Origin: Hormiphora californensis
Taxonomy: Eukaryota; Animalia; Ctenophora
DNA length: 64,000 nucleotides
Assembly: GCA_020137815.1 (NCBI GenBank)
Contig: CM035352.1
Coordinates: forward strand, 8,742,001 to 8,806,000
Direction of reading: 5' to 3'
The position numbers were made by a program, and so were the translations under genes. Under the pieces are notes generated by a model. It was given only the letters and a program-made list of their open reading frames with translations, was not told the origin of the DNA and made no database searches. Shown piece after piece: positions 10,278-22,671 of the stretch. Position 1 is the first letter of the stretch; each line of letters begins with the position of its first letter.

Positions 10278-13200
10278 TCACTGGGATTTGGCGGCAACTG
10301 CGGTTTTTCCATTGTGTAGATGGTCGGTAGTTTGTTCGTAGCTCAGCTTGGCAACCTCTCTCAGTTTCCTTGTAAACTCCTTGTCCTCTGATAACTTTTT
10401 CATTGCCAGAGAATCCTGTGATGAGAATACTTTACAGAGCCTCTCTACTCAAAATATGAATCAAAATTCGTTAAATTCGTGAAGCGAGAATAGAATGCGA
10501 TTGATCCAAATTAGGGATCGACCTGTTTCCCGGAAATTTACTCTTTTCAGTCTCACCTGGAATTTTGAGATTATGATGGTCATTGGGAAAGCCAGGACAA
10601 CTATTCCAAACAAAACCACCAAACTGCCAAACAAACGTCCAACAGGGGTCCTGAAGAGGAACTTGGTAAACAGAAATAAAGTACATATTCAATTGATAAA
10701 CTCATGGGAATTAATCTTTGTTGGCTAATGGTTAACTCAAGAAGGGTTAACGGATTTTCGTAGAAAACTGCATTTGAGGTGGAATTTCATCTCTTTCCTT
10801 ACTTTGGGTAGAGATCTCCATAGCCCACTGTCGTTATGGTAACCACTGACCACCAGCACCCGTGAAGTATCGAATTGTATCCGTCCTCCATTGTTTCTAG
10901 ATCCTGGGGGAATTGTACAAATTAGAGGGACTAGATCCTGGGGGAATTGTACAAATTAGAGGGACTAGATCCTGGGGGAATTGTACAAATTAGAGGGACT
11001 AGATCCTGGGGGAATTGTACAAATTAGAGGGACTAGATCCTGGGGGAATTGTACAAATTAGAGGGACTAGATTCTGGGGGAATTGTACAAATTAGAGGGA
11101 CTAGATCCTGGGGGAATTGTACAAATTAAAGGGACTAGATCCTGGGGGTGTTGTACAAATTAGAGGGACTAGATCCTGGGTGTTGTACAAATTAGAGGGA
11201 CTAGATCCTGGGGGAGTTGTACAAATTAGAGGGACTAGATTCTGGGGGAATTGTACAAATTAGAGGGACTAGATCCTGGGGGAATTGTACAAATTAGAGG
11301 GACTAGATCCTGGGGGAATTGTACAAATTAGAGGGACTAGATCCTGGGGGAGTTGTACAAATTAGAGGGACTAGATCCTGGGGGAATTGTACAAATTAGA
11401 GGGACTAGATCCTGGGGGAGTTGTACAAATTAGAGGGACAAGATCCTAGTTAGGTGTTGTACAAATTAGAGGGACTATATCCTGGGGGAGTTGTACAAAT
11501 TAGAGGGACTAGATCCTAGTTAGGTGTTGTACAAATTAGAGGGTAGTATTATTATAGAGGGACTGTGTGGTTAGAGTCAGAATAAATCCGAGGTATTAGA
11601 GCAAAATAAAGGTCTCATTAGGGGCGCACAGATGGCCCGGGGGAATGACATTTGTAATAGTGTGTTAGATTCATATGGAGACAAAATCCATCGGTGTCGC
11701 CGTAGCCACTGACAGTTTCAGCAAACTCTTTCATGATAATATCAGTCAACACCATGTCCGTAACTGGAGTCAATCCGAAAAGGTCTCAATTGGATCTTCA
11801 GTTCAAAAGACAAACCCCGCAGAACGAAGGTGATATTCATCATGATCATGATTCATCACTAACCTTGGGAAGGCCGGTAAACTCTATGAAGTAGATGACA
11901 GTGCCCACAAGGAGTACCAACACACATACAACTCCTATCAGGACAATGAACTCCTGCTTTGCTGACGATATCACCTGGAAACAGTTTAAAAATAGCTAAA
12001 CTGAACATACACAGCAAACTTTCACGTGAGGGAATTCACAGTTAGAGCATCGGCCTGACCCTATTCTCGCGCGAGAACTGTTGTCAGAGCATTGGCCTGA
12101 CAGGGAATTTATGAATCAGACCAGCTGCGAGAGCAGCCGGTTTTATCGGTTTGACTTTTCTATTTTCTAGCCCATTCGGCATTCATTTTCCGCGACTCGG
12201 ATGTACTCGTCTTTTTCGGTGAGCACCTGCTCGTTAATGGGACGTCATTCGTCAAGAGACACAGGGTGAGATGGTCGGTATGATCTTTACCTGCATAACT
12301 TCTGTTAGCTGCCTACTGTGTCTTTATGAGGTATAAACTCTTGCCAGTGGCGCGTTATTTCAGATACCTTTCTCCCAGCGCGCCGCTGGGAGAAGGTAGC
12401 TGTAGTTTATCCGCCACTGGCGGATAAACTGGTTTAAATCACGACGACGATCCCGAGGCGTAGCCGAGGGAGAGGCGGAGGGGTTTAAACCTATAACGCG
12501 TCTGTGGCAAGAGTTTATAGGTTATATACCCTGCTTTAGTTGTTTGTTACAAGTATTACACACTAACAAGAGAGAGAACACTAATCAAAACACACAAAGA
12601 GAACTGAGAAACAGTCAAAAACATCTCTCAATTGAGTGTACATTGTTTGGTAACAGTTACTAAGGAGAGAGAGAAAGAAATAACAAGATATGGGGCATGC
12701 CAGACATAACACAGAGGAATTGAGATAGTGAAACAAAAGGGAAGATAAAGAGAGAGTAATTGGCGGAATGTGTTGTTTCTTTCTCTCCAATTTAGTGTGT
12801 AACTCTTCCAAACAGTGTTCCCTCTGTATTTCAGTAAGAACTGATCATTTACACACACTTTGAATGTAACATAGGAGTTAAAAATAAATAACCTGCCAGT
12901 GGGAAATAATCTGCCGCTGGACTGGCTGGTTATCGAGAGCGCGCTAGTGGGACTGGCGCATTATTTAAGTTAGCAGGGTATATACCTGCATAACTTCTGT
13001 TAGCTGCCTACTGTGTCTTTACCTGCATAACTTCTGTTAGCTGCCTACTGTGTCTTTATGAGGCATAAACTCTGGCCACTGGCACGTTATTTCAGATACC
13101 TTTCTCCCAGCGCGCCGCTGGGAGAAGGTAGCTGTAGTTTATCCGCCAGTGGCGGATAAACTGGTTTAAATCACGACGACGATCCCGAGGCGGAGCCGAG

Positions 13201-16200
13201 GGAGAGGCGGAGGGGTTTAAACCTATAACGTGCCAGTGGTCAGAGTTTATGGGTTATATACCCTGCTTTAGTTGTTTATTTCAAGTATTACACACCAACA
13301 AGAGAGAGAACACTAATCAAAACACACAAAGAGAACTGAGAAATAGTTAAAAACACCTCACAATTGAGTGTACACTGTTTGGTAACAGTTACTAAGCAGT
13401 TGCTAAGGAAAGAGAGTGAAAGAAATAGCCTGATAAGGGGCATGTCACACATAACACAGAGAAAGAGATAGTGAGACAAAAGGGGAGATAAAGAGAGAGT
13501 AATTGACGGAATGTGTCCTTTCTTTCTCTCCAATGTAGTGTGTAAGTGTTGCACATAGTGTTCCCTCTGTATTTTAGTAAGAACTGATCATTTACACACA
13601 CTTTGAATGTTACGTAGGAGTTAAAAATAAATAACCTGCCAGTGGGAAATAATCTGCCGCTGGACTGGCTGTTTACTGAGAGCGCGCTAGTGGGACTTCT
13701 CGCCACTGGCGTATTATTTAAGTTAGCAGGGTATATACCTGCATAACTTCTGTTAGTTGCCTACTGTGTCTTTACCTGCATGACTTCTGTTAGCTGCCTA
13801 CTGTGTTTTTACCTGCATAACTTCTGTTAGTTGCCTACTGTGTCTTTACCTGCATAACTTCTGTTAGTTGCCTACTGTGTCTTTACCTGCATAACTTCTG
13901 TTAGTTGCCTACTGTGTGTGTGTGTGTGTGTGTTTTGCACCGCCCGTCATTCCTCCCACTTTACTGCCCCACAATGGTCGGCAGACAACCTATATTAATA
14001 TCACTCTTCGCCACCGTCCCCCACACGTAGGGATAATGTTGATGTTGTTCCGGTTTGGGTCCTGGTATTTTGTTGAGCAAGCTCAACATTTCCCTCGAAC
14101 CTTCGCCGGCATCACAAGAAGAGTATTTGATACAGTGAATCTAATATTAGACTGACATACCTATATTGTCAGGACAATGGATGGAATTTACCTGTCTCAC
14201 AGACTGGTCTTTGGTTACTACTGCTCCAGGGAGCTGTAGAGGTAGGTGGGTTGCCGGATATGACAATACCGTGGGTTCACCATCTAATCGGTGACGGCTG
14301 AAATATCTTATCACACCTCAGGTCTTTGGTCAAAACCGCTAGCAGTACTTATCAGCATGCAACCTGGGGGTCCGGACAGCTAATTTCTTAGCAAGCACAG
14401 ATAAGCATGAAAAACGCTTATGTAAACTTCTGGTGAGCATTTGGCAAATTATCAGCTCCCAGGGGTTGCACTATTGCGGGGTAATTACTTGCCATACGGC
14501 GGAGGTGGCCCTTTGTTATGGCCCAGAACTGCCCTACCTTAATAGTGGGACCCTTATGATGTGGTTTTGTGGAATTCCCCGGCCGTAGCGATTCTTGCCC
14601 TGTGGTTTGCTACTTCTTTCAGATCGGGATGGTTGGGGATGGTTTATTCGAATAGGTTACTTCTGTATACTAATTTGGAGAATTTGTGCAGATCCAGTGT
14701 GTTGCTGGGAGTGAGAATGTTGTTGATGATATCTTGGTAGTCGAGTTTGTATCGTAGCTCATCTAGGTCTGGGCAGTGGAGGAGCTGCAAAGGTAGTATG
14801 TGGCAAAAATTTGGGCAGAGGTTCCCCAGGGGAATAACCCCTATTTTTGCGAGAGAAGGTAACCTCCGTCCGACCAATATGGGATATTGGACAGGAGGGC
14901 TGTTTTAAAGGCTACAGCTGCCGGGTGATTACAAATCATGGGTTGCCATAATTGAGGGAGGCTAGTTCTCTGGCGTAGAATTTACCCCCATAATTAAATG
15001 GGAGACAGCCGAAGGGTCATCAGGCATGCCTAGTAGGCAGAGGCCCTCGGTGATTACAAATCATGGGTTGCCATGTGTAACAAGGTTACTGGCTGGGGTG
15101 AGATTATCAGTTCAACCGGGATCCTCACTAAGACTCAGCCCGATGACCGACCGACAAATGATCGATCAACGACTGATATCAATCGTCAACCAACCGCTCA
15201 TCAATCGACCGCCGAACCAAATCCCAGCAGGGACCAGCCGCACTGCAAGAGCTCGGTGCCATAGTTGAGTTCGGCAAGGTCTCTGGCAAAGTTTACTCCT
15301 CAAGATTGGGGAGAGAGCCGGTGTGATTTGACCGTAATCACTGGACCATCAGCCAACCAGGTCCACGGCGGGGTAATTACTTGCCATACGGCGGTGGCCA
15401 TTTGTTTGGCCCAGACCTGCCCTACCACTTTTGGGTCCCTTATTGCGTTGTTATAGAAGAAAAATCCCCCATAAGTAGCGTTGCCCTATAGTTTGCCACT
15501 TGTTCCAGGTCGGGATAATTAGGGATGGTTTAATCGAATAGGTTACTTTTGGCTATTAGTTTGGAGAATTTTACCAAATCAAGTGTGTTGCTTGATCTGT
15601 TTGTTAGTGAGGAGGATTGTTCTAGATATATTGAGTTGCCTACTGTGTCTTTACCTGCATAACTTCTGTTAGCTGCCTACTGTGTTTTTACCTGCATAAC
15701 TTCTGTTAGCTGCCTACTGTGTCTTTACCTGCATAACTTCTGTTAGCTGCCTACTGTGTCTTTACCTGCATGACTTCTGTTAGTTGCCTACTGTGTCTCA
15801 CGACCTTGAAAACTCGCACCACTCGTACCAAACGACACACCTGAGTGGTTTTGTTCATATGATATGGGTCGCATACATAAAACTACGTTGTTCGTCACAG
15901 TTACATGTTATTGTTATAGCCCACCAGTATTCTCGATAAACATACTGGCTATATAGCTAAAGATTTCACAATCCCTTCTATTCAACTTCAATGAAAGGGA
16001 CCACGTAACGGTATATCATCGTTAAACGATTAAGAAGTGTTCATCCCAGTGGATTTGGTTAACACTTAACGTACCTTCAATGCGAGGAACTGTGGTGGAG
16101 GTGAGCCTGATGTTGTAAAGAACACGATAATCTCCACATAAAACGGCAGCACAGCCAGCATATCCAAAACATTCAACGGTCTTGCAATGAAGTACTTGTT

Positions 16201-16926
16201 TCGGTCGGTGTATGTGGCGAATCTGTGGGAGAAATTCAGGTGTAATCAAATCCAAACTCACAAGAAAAGTTTCTATTCTGACCTGATAATTAGATCGATT
16301 GTAAAGAACAGGTTTACCACCACGTCTATCATGTAAACTGCCACTTTATTCCAGGCTCCGTCCTCGAATGGATTTTCAAAGTATTCCCTAAGGTCGGGTA
16401 TAGTCTCCAAGACCAGCATTGATACTGTGACCAGGATGCAGACAAGGTCGATAGCTCCCCACACCATTCCTGCCATGTTGGTACTCGGGTCTGTCACCTG
16501 GCACAAGGGGGATTTATGGAATTAGCAGGTCATGGATCGCTGAAATCGATGGAAAAAGATAAGAATTAAGAGTGGAGCTGCAGCTGCCGATAAAATATCC
16601 ATATGTGCTCATATCATTATCAACATAATTTTCCCCGCCGCCAAAGTATAAGAGCTCATCATCGTGGACGCGTTAGCTTCACAAATTGTGTGCAGCTGTT
16701 GGGGGCAGATGAGGGAATTGTGAGAGATATACGCGGGTAATTATGTGAGTTTTGCGCCCCGGCCTCTGTTATTATTCCTCTAAATGAATCTCTCACTGGT
16801 CCTTGTGCCACTTAAAAATTGCCCGATTTTATGTGACGTATGCGCTATATCCTTGGTCTCTCATCGTCCTCTCTCTCTCGCTCCAGGTCACATGTCGAGT
16901 CCAGGTGGCGGCCTCTCAGAAGAAGT

Positions 16927-16986
<60 letters not shown>

Positions 16987-19900
16987 AGAGAGGATAGAAG
17001 GGCGTACCGCATTGCTACATGTTCATTTCGTCGATCCAGCTGCGGTTGAGGGTTGTTAGCAGGATTGGTGTTGTCCTAATGCTATATATGAGACATAAAC
17101 TCTGGCCACTGGCGCGTTATTTCAGATAACTTTCTCCCAGCGCGCCGCTGGGAGAAGTTAGCTGGAGTTTATCCGCCGCTGGCGGATAAACTGGTTTAAA
17201 TCACGACGACGATCCCGAGGCGGAGCCGAGGGAGAGGCGGAGGGGTTTAAACCTATAACGTGCCAGTGGTCAGAGTTTATGGGTTATATACCCTGCTTTA
17301 GTTGTTTATTTCAAGTATTACACACCAACAAGAGAGAGAACACTAATCAAAACACACAAAGAGAACTGAGAAATAGTTAAAAACACCTCACAATTGAGTG
17401 TACACTGTTTGGTAACAGTTACTAAGCAGTTGCTAAGGAAAGAGAGTGAAAGAAATAGCCTGATAAGGGGCATGTCACACATAACACAGAGAAAGAGATA
17501 GTGAGACAAAAGGGGAGATAAAGAGAGAGTAATTGACGGAATGTGTCCTTTCTTTCTCTCCAATGTAGTGTGTAAGTGTTGCACATAGTGTTCCCTCTGT
17601 ATTTTAGTAAGAACTGATCATTTACACACACTTTGAATGTTACGTAGGAGTTAAAAATAAATAACCTGCCAGTGGGAAATAATCTGCCGCTGGACTGGCT
17701 GTTTACTGAGAGCGCGCTAGTGGGACTTCTCGCCACTGGCGTATTATTTAAGTTAGCAGGGTATATATTCCTCAAACTATCACTATTTTTGTATAAGGAT
17801 TTATCCGCAGAGAGAAATCGAAGACTTGACTGATCTTCATGTATTTTATCTAGGTTTCTTTGCCAATGCCATGTGATTCTCGTTGTGAAATGTATACGAT
17901 ATCCTTGCTATTCGGACTTGTGCTTGTTACAGCGGTAAGACGTCGTCACCCACAGTCCGTCACCCACAGTCCGTCACCCACAGTCCGGGTTGTGAATCAT
18001 GAATCTATCCTCCTATTTCTCCATCGGCTTATTTTTGTTTCGCATTTCCAGGTTGTAGCCTCACCTGCACCAGATAACTGTAATAACTGGTCAGGGCGGT
18101 ATAATGCCCCGCGAGTATGTGCGGAGTTCAATTCTGAATACCAGGCATTTGACAATAAATGTAAACTGGGAATTCATCTGTGTGTGCTCAGTTATAACAT
18201 AGATAACAAGATCTGCTCACAATACGTAATTGAGTAAGTTTGTCCATGTAGGTAGTAGGGACTGAAGAATCATGATTAATCATACGTTTGAGTTCTGCAT
18301 AGATTCTAGGGACGACTAAATACATAATCGATTTCAATATTTTTAGTAAATTTGTGGATATGCTGACGGATGAGGTTCTAAAAGAGTTTATAACTGACGA
18401 TAGCAACTGCTGGAAGTGTCCCACTGACTGTTCAGGATCAGGAGGTCCAGTGTGCGATAAAGCGAACATCCAGTATCCCAACAGGTATAAAATAGTGGCA
18501 TACGCTGCGGGCCCCTCTCACCGAGGGCACATGCCAATCTGTCCGGCGTTGCCCAACCGATCTGAGCGCCGGCAGACAGACTTCCCTCGCCCCTCGGAGC
18601 TGAGTCTCGGTTTGAGAAACAAAGCAAAGAGCTCATTGAGTTCCCAAATTCACAACTAACTTCACATCACATAAGTTCTATTCTGCGTTGCAGTAACACA
18701 CACTTCCTTTCATAGTTGTATGCTGGCCAAGAGTCTATGTGAGGATGGTAAAATATATTATCCTGCATCTGTTGATTTCAACAAATTCAACTCAACCCAG
18801 TTCCTCGAGAAGATTACTGATTATCTCAGCTACTCAGGACCGTGTCCGGGTAAGTAGGTTAATTAATAAGGTTAATTAGCACGGTGAGTATGTGCATCTA
18901 ATTATCTTGGGTTGGCGCCACATTGTCAGTTATTCATGCAGAGATGATGGAATTTTGCTGGGGACAAAATCCCATCATATACCTGCAGTAGTAGTAGCAT
19001 GATTTTGGAGGGATAGATGGCTGCTGGGGAGGGGGGGTAAACTTGTTTCTAGGTGGTTTCCAGGGAAACTCGCACGGAGAAAAGTTAGAGGGCTGAAAGA
19101 CCCGGGGATATAGTTAGAGGGATAAAAGACCCGGGGATAGATTTAGAGAGGAGATGAGATGGTATTTTCTGTGTGAGACACTGTGTAGATCAGGGAGATA
19201 GAGGGGGCTGGGGAATGGGCTAACAAGATGTGCAGGAGATTTGATGAAAAGCAGGGACGTGTGACGAAGTACCCTACTGCGGCTAGTGCAATCTGTATAA
19301 CGAATGAGGCTACAGCTGATAAAGTTAAATAGAATACGGAGAGTCAAGGAGGATATGGTGGAAACAAAGACATTGTACATAGAGATATTTGAGAAAATAA
19401 TTGTTTTGTTCAAACGCAGAATGCGGATAGAGAGGGTTGAGCAAGGCAACAACAAACTGTGTAAAGAACGACTATCAAATGACTGTATACGAGGTGTTCA
19501 GGTGTGTCATTCATTTTCTAAATTTTAACTAAATTCTTACTAAATTCTAACCGTTTTGTGTATTTGTTCTCTCAGGGTGGGCGTGTAAGGTGGTCTCTTC
19601 TTCCGTTCCATTTCCTCATATCTCTCTATCATGTTCTCCAAGTCGATCCCAAAGAATTCTAGCTCATCCTCCACTATCGCGCTATCCATGTGTTCAGGGG
19701 CCCTGCAGGGGATAAAGCTGTCAGAGCATTGGCCTGACCCTATTCTCGGAGAGCGTGAGAACTGTGTTCAGGGGCCCTGTGCAGGGGATGAAGGATATTT
19801 GTTTGGACTAGCTACCACCCTGTTATACTAGTGTACTGCTGCAGTGCAGTGCATGCAGTATTGGACTTCTTTACGATCGGAAACTAGTGCAGAAGTGCAC

Positions 19901-20493
19901 TGTACACTGTACAGAATGCACTACTGCAATGTACATTTATAAGTCACATAAAAAAGATCTAATCCTCATACCTGAATGTTCCTGGACTCTGGTAGAAGTA
20001 CAGGATTGAGGGGAAGATATCCTGATTCCTATCAAAATACAACTCTCCTGTCAGTTCGTCGGTATACTGCGCTCGTTTCTACAGAAAGCAACAAGTGAGG
20101 GATAGTAGCTATTGGGTCTCGTTGTACAAATTTTAGTATTTTACAATAATATTGATAACAAGACTGTCAGGCCAATGCTCTGACCACAGTCCTCGCACTT
20201 ATTTGAAGAAATGAGAATAGGGTCAGGCCAATGCTCTGACAGTAACAAAACAAGTTGTTCTCTGTCATGTCACTCAGCACAAAATTCGGAAGATCAAGTA
20301 CCAATACCTGAGGATCTCCTAGCAGGGTATCTGGATAATGTGAAAGGGACTGCTCAGTTGTCACAAACTGCTCCCCCGCACAATTGATCCTCACCAACTT
20401 AGCATCCTTAGTTTCCTTCTTATAGTTCGTCAGTCCAATACCGAAGGGGTCACCTTTTAGCGCCAAACTCTGAGGATAGGAGTCACTAAACAT
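10278..20493 (-). CDS. Voltage-gated K+ channel, Shaker superfamily. Exons 20493-20308, 20078-19972, 19702-19552, 16497-16283, 16222-16075, 15840-15766, 11974-11864, 10903-10803, 10650-10557, 10415-10278
   Basis: T1 domain ([10 protein letters not shown]...[32 protein letters not shown]); S3 [12 protein letters not shown]; S4 [18 protein letters not shown]; pore [14 protein letters not shown]; S6 [12 protein letters not shown]; all junctions GT-AG with consistent phases. Confidence 0.93.
10897..11543. repeat. 34-bp tandem array (~19 copies) that contains the acceptor of the Kv pore exon
   Basis: Unit CTAGATCCTGGGGGAATTGTACAAATTAGAGGGA; on the minus strand TCCCTCTAATTTGTACAATTCCCCCAG|GATCTAG. 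Confidence 0.95.
12041..12102. repeat. Short dispersed repeat built on GTCAGAGCATTGGCCTGAC (further copies ~19719-19766 and, inverted, ~20165-20241)
   Basis: Same motif followed by CCTATTCTC seen in three Kv introns. Confidence 0.75.
12326..12983. mobile_element. Non-autonomous hairpin-rich element, copy 1 (most diverged)
   Basis: Four copies in window; nested inverted repeats in the first ~195 bp; TATATACCCTGCT...AGCAGGGTATATA inverted pair. Confidence 0.88.
13058..13736. mobile_element. Non-autonomous hairpin-rich element, copy 2
   Basis: Near-identical to 17088-17766. Confidence 0.88.
14478..14790 (-). mobile_element. Probable 5'-truncated LINE 3' end; a second, diverged copy at ~15369-15592
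   Basis: Two diverged copies of a ~220-bp segment; minus-strand peptide [11 protein letters not shown]...NLFE* resembles the C-terminal zinc-knuckle region of LINE ORF2. Confidence 0.4.
17088..17766. mobile_element. Non-autonomous hairpin-rich element, copy 3
   Basis: Near-identical to 13058-13736. Confidence 0.88.
17890..18857 (+). CDS. Small secreted protein with two Kazal-like domains, nested antisense in Kv intron 3. Exons 17890-17934, 18052-18233, 18347-18484, 18716-18857
   Basis: Signal peptide [15 protein letters not shown]; [24 protein letters not shown]; [31 protein letters not shown]...YSGPC; GT-AG junctions in phase; 3' end could splice onward at ~18850. Confidence 0.8.
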
Positions 20494-22671
20494 GTGATTC
20501 ACAAGACACAACGTAGCTCTTAGAGAATAATATTATTCAATATTAATTGGTGGTGGTTTGGGGGCATTACGTTTTACATTCTTGAACTCACAGACTCGCA
20601 AAGAGAGACATAGAGAGAGAAATGAAATTAAAAAAGAAAGAGAATCTAATGAGAAGCTAATTTTACAATATCACTGTCACAGCGGTAGTGCGAGCGAGTA
20701 AAGCTGAACTAAAATATCTAAAGAATCCTTGAAGATCAGCAAATCAATGTTTTAAATGGTGAAGAATGGTATATTTCATGAATACAAGCTGTCCGCCATG
20801 AGAGATCACTTTAAAATAGCTGGGACGCAGCTTTACAACACAAATGCAAGAAGAAAGTGTTTCAAGGAAAGCGATACAATTGTTTCAGTTTTACTACATC
20901 AGCTCTGCCATACGTGAGGAGTCTTGTCACTAGCAACTGCGCCAGCGGCAGCATGATGATTAGTAGCAGTTTTAGCAGGCTTGTTCACCCCAGAATCCTT
21001 TTGATCCGCGGCCATAAGTCCAAAAGTGAAAATGGAAAAGTTTAACTTGAAACGGAATCTCATGGTGATCCAATGAGAGATATATATCTCGAGGTTGATA
21101 TCTCTAATTTGTATACACAGCCGGGCTCTATAAACATTGTGTGACGTGGGCAAGAATTGGTTGAAGAAGAAAGGAAGATAAATAGGAAACAAATAGAGAA
21201 TAGCGGCCACTATTATGTACTAAAGGTTTCAGCAGAATTGAATGGTTTGCGATCATTGTCCAAGCCTGCAACAAACATGTTGTTGTGTTGTTACACAACT
21301 GACAACAATGCGTTCACTGGATCAATGGAGGGTATAGAAGCTCAGACAATAATTATAAAAACTGAGACTCAGACAAGATTAAACTTGTAGTCTGAAGTTT
21401 GGACAAAAGAACAATCAAGATTCGATGTGCCTCCTGCACATAGATGTACATCAACGGGGACAATATATTTGTTCAACTGGCAGTATAATTTTAGGAAATA
21501 ATGCATTTATTATTTGCTTCAGAGAAAGGTGAATAAACATGATTTTCGTGCTTTCAGGTACCATAAAGTCTTGGGTGTTAAGTCGAGTAGTAGGCAGGTC
21601 TGTTGTTTCCTTCATTATTGTAGTTGACCAACATTGATATACAGGGGAGGTAGAGAACAAAAACAATTCGCTGAACAAATGTCAAATGAACTAACTGCGG
21701 CAGAGAACATTATAAACAATTCTTTGCTGCAGTAGGGAAATAAAAAAGAGATTAGATATATGAAAAAGAGGGAGAGATAGAGAGAGAGGTAGATTATAAT
21801 AGAGACTGGACTAACAGTTTATATGGAGCTAAGACTCAGTTGGTGAAAGGTGAAATTGGTACTTGGTACGTACACATCGAAGAAACGTTTAGACACCAAG
21901 TTGGAAATAACATTCAGACTTGGGTATTAGGACTGAATGATTATGGCCTAATAGGCCGCCTATGGGTTTTTACTAAACACAAGATCGGAAAATCCCATAT
22001 TCAGTGGGCATTTTTAAAACCATTGTCTCTTTCTACTCCTCCTCCTCTCTCCCCTCTCCTCTTCTTTCCTGTATGCTTTCGCCCTGATAGCCTTGCCTAA
22101 GTGTACAAACTGCAAAAGCGTGCATTTAAATGTCTCAAAAAAAACGAAATGAACGCTTACTTAGTGAACAGAAACTAGAAAGTATTGATATGAAAATGTC
22201 CACATACCTTCCCGTTTGACCCTACAACTAGGATATCATCTCCACTCCTCAAGGATATCTCTATACCACCCCTTACTCAACAAATCTCTACCTGATTGAG
22301 CACAAGATCCGAGGCTGCTATGCACGGGAGCTGGGCGGTTTTTAGGTTTTTACGAGACACAATTCGACCCACCGTCCATGTCTTCATGACGTATCAGAGA
22401 ATTAATTACCCCAAACAAACACCCCAAATAGTGCGAATACTTGGAGGGGGAAACAAACACACAGATAGTTGATACAAACACAACTTGAACTAACAGATAT
22501 ACAGATACAGTAGATACAGAGCTCTGCAGCTGTAGCAATGCCGACTGTCAAGTGTCAAGAAGCCTATGCTGTCAACATCTAGAGGGAAGAGAGGAATCCA
22601 GGGGAGAGGGGAATGAGAAGAGAGGGATGGGGAGAGCTGGGTTTACCATTAGTCCGATACATGGGTAAATT

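Larger units (their letters stand above)
12286..15800. repeat. 37-bp repeat of the Kv S4 exon end plus donor, ~12 copies in four blocks (12286-12325, 12984-13057, 13737-13915, 15633-15800)
   Basis: Unit TTTACCTGCATAACTTCTGTTAGCTGCCTACTGTGTC = minus strand GACACAGTAGGCAGCTAACAGAAGTTATGCAG|GTAAA (encodes [11 protein letters not shown]). Confidence 0.93.

Noticed and set aside
10897-11543. CRISPR-like regular array
   Set aside because: Units are head-to-tail with no unique spacers, there are no cas genes, and the context is a eukaryotic intron
11600-11830. Possible extra turret exon of Kv containing a GYGD-like peptide
   Set aside because: S5 and pore exons join in phase without it and no consistent splice pair was found
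12581-13706. Short minus-strand ORFs repeated in each ~670-bp element copy
   Set aside because: No recognisable domain, and frames are not conserved in copy 1
14190-14298. Exon-like AG...GT segment inside the Kv S4-S5 intron
   Set aside because: Flanking exons already join to a complete S4-S5 linker, and this segment would shift the frame or introduce a stop
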